Source: Trichoplax adhaerens (taxonomy: Eukaryota; Animalia; Placozoa). From it: a stretch of 7,679 nt of DNA. The DNA is taken from contig NW_002061063.1 of NCBI RefSeq assembly GCF_000150275.1, positions 1-7,679 of the forward strand, written 5' to 3'. The notes under the pieces were generated by a model. It had not been told where the DNA came from. It worked only from the letters and a program-made list of their open reading frames with translations, and did not search any database. The translations under genes and the position numbers were made by a program. Shown here one piece after another: positions 7,669 to 7,679 of this stretch (position 1 is the first letter of the stretch; each line of letters begins with the position of its first letter).

Positions 7669-7679
7669 AGTCAATGAAT

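Larger units (their letters stand above)
5150..7679. repeat. Segmental tandem duplication, copy 2 (intact GPCR plus 3' flank; probably extends beyond the window)
   Basis: Counterpart of ~1810-4040. It is longer because of internal duplications (5382-5692, 6301-6441). Similarity to the other copies begins at about 5150. Confidence 0.85.

Noticed and set aside
7669-7674. ORF-track start at 7674
   Set aside because: The codon is TTG. The ATG two codons later matches the paralog's start and gives the identical 960-nt length.

Overview
AT-rich, mostly non-coding eukaryotic (animal-like) DNA. It carries a head-to-tail pair of intronless, minus-strand class A (rhodopsin-like) GPCR paralogs. The copy at 6709-7668 is intact (319 aa from the first true ATG). 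The copy at 3069-4028 is exactly the same length, has no indels, and is interrupted by two in-frame stops, one of them TGG>TAG at the conserved TM4 Trp (W4.50). By my manual alignment the proteins are about 76% identical, with differences concentrated on the extracellular/ligand-pocket side and the intracellular loops ICL1/ICL2 unchanged. Both have non-canonical activation motifs (YRL, LTLP, NPFMF). Most non-coding DNA is nested duplication: the gene-plus-3'-flank duplication, a ~980-bp tandem repeat, a degenerate ~100-bp array just 3' of each gene, a young 156-bp tandem duplication with a 23-bp palindrome at its junction, and smaller copies. The best reading is a birth-and-death cluster of orphan, possibly chemosensory, GPCRs. 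A placozoan-like host is only a guess. I found no RNA genes, CRISPR array or autonomous mobile element.
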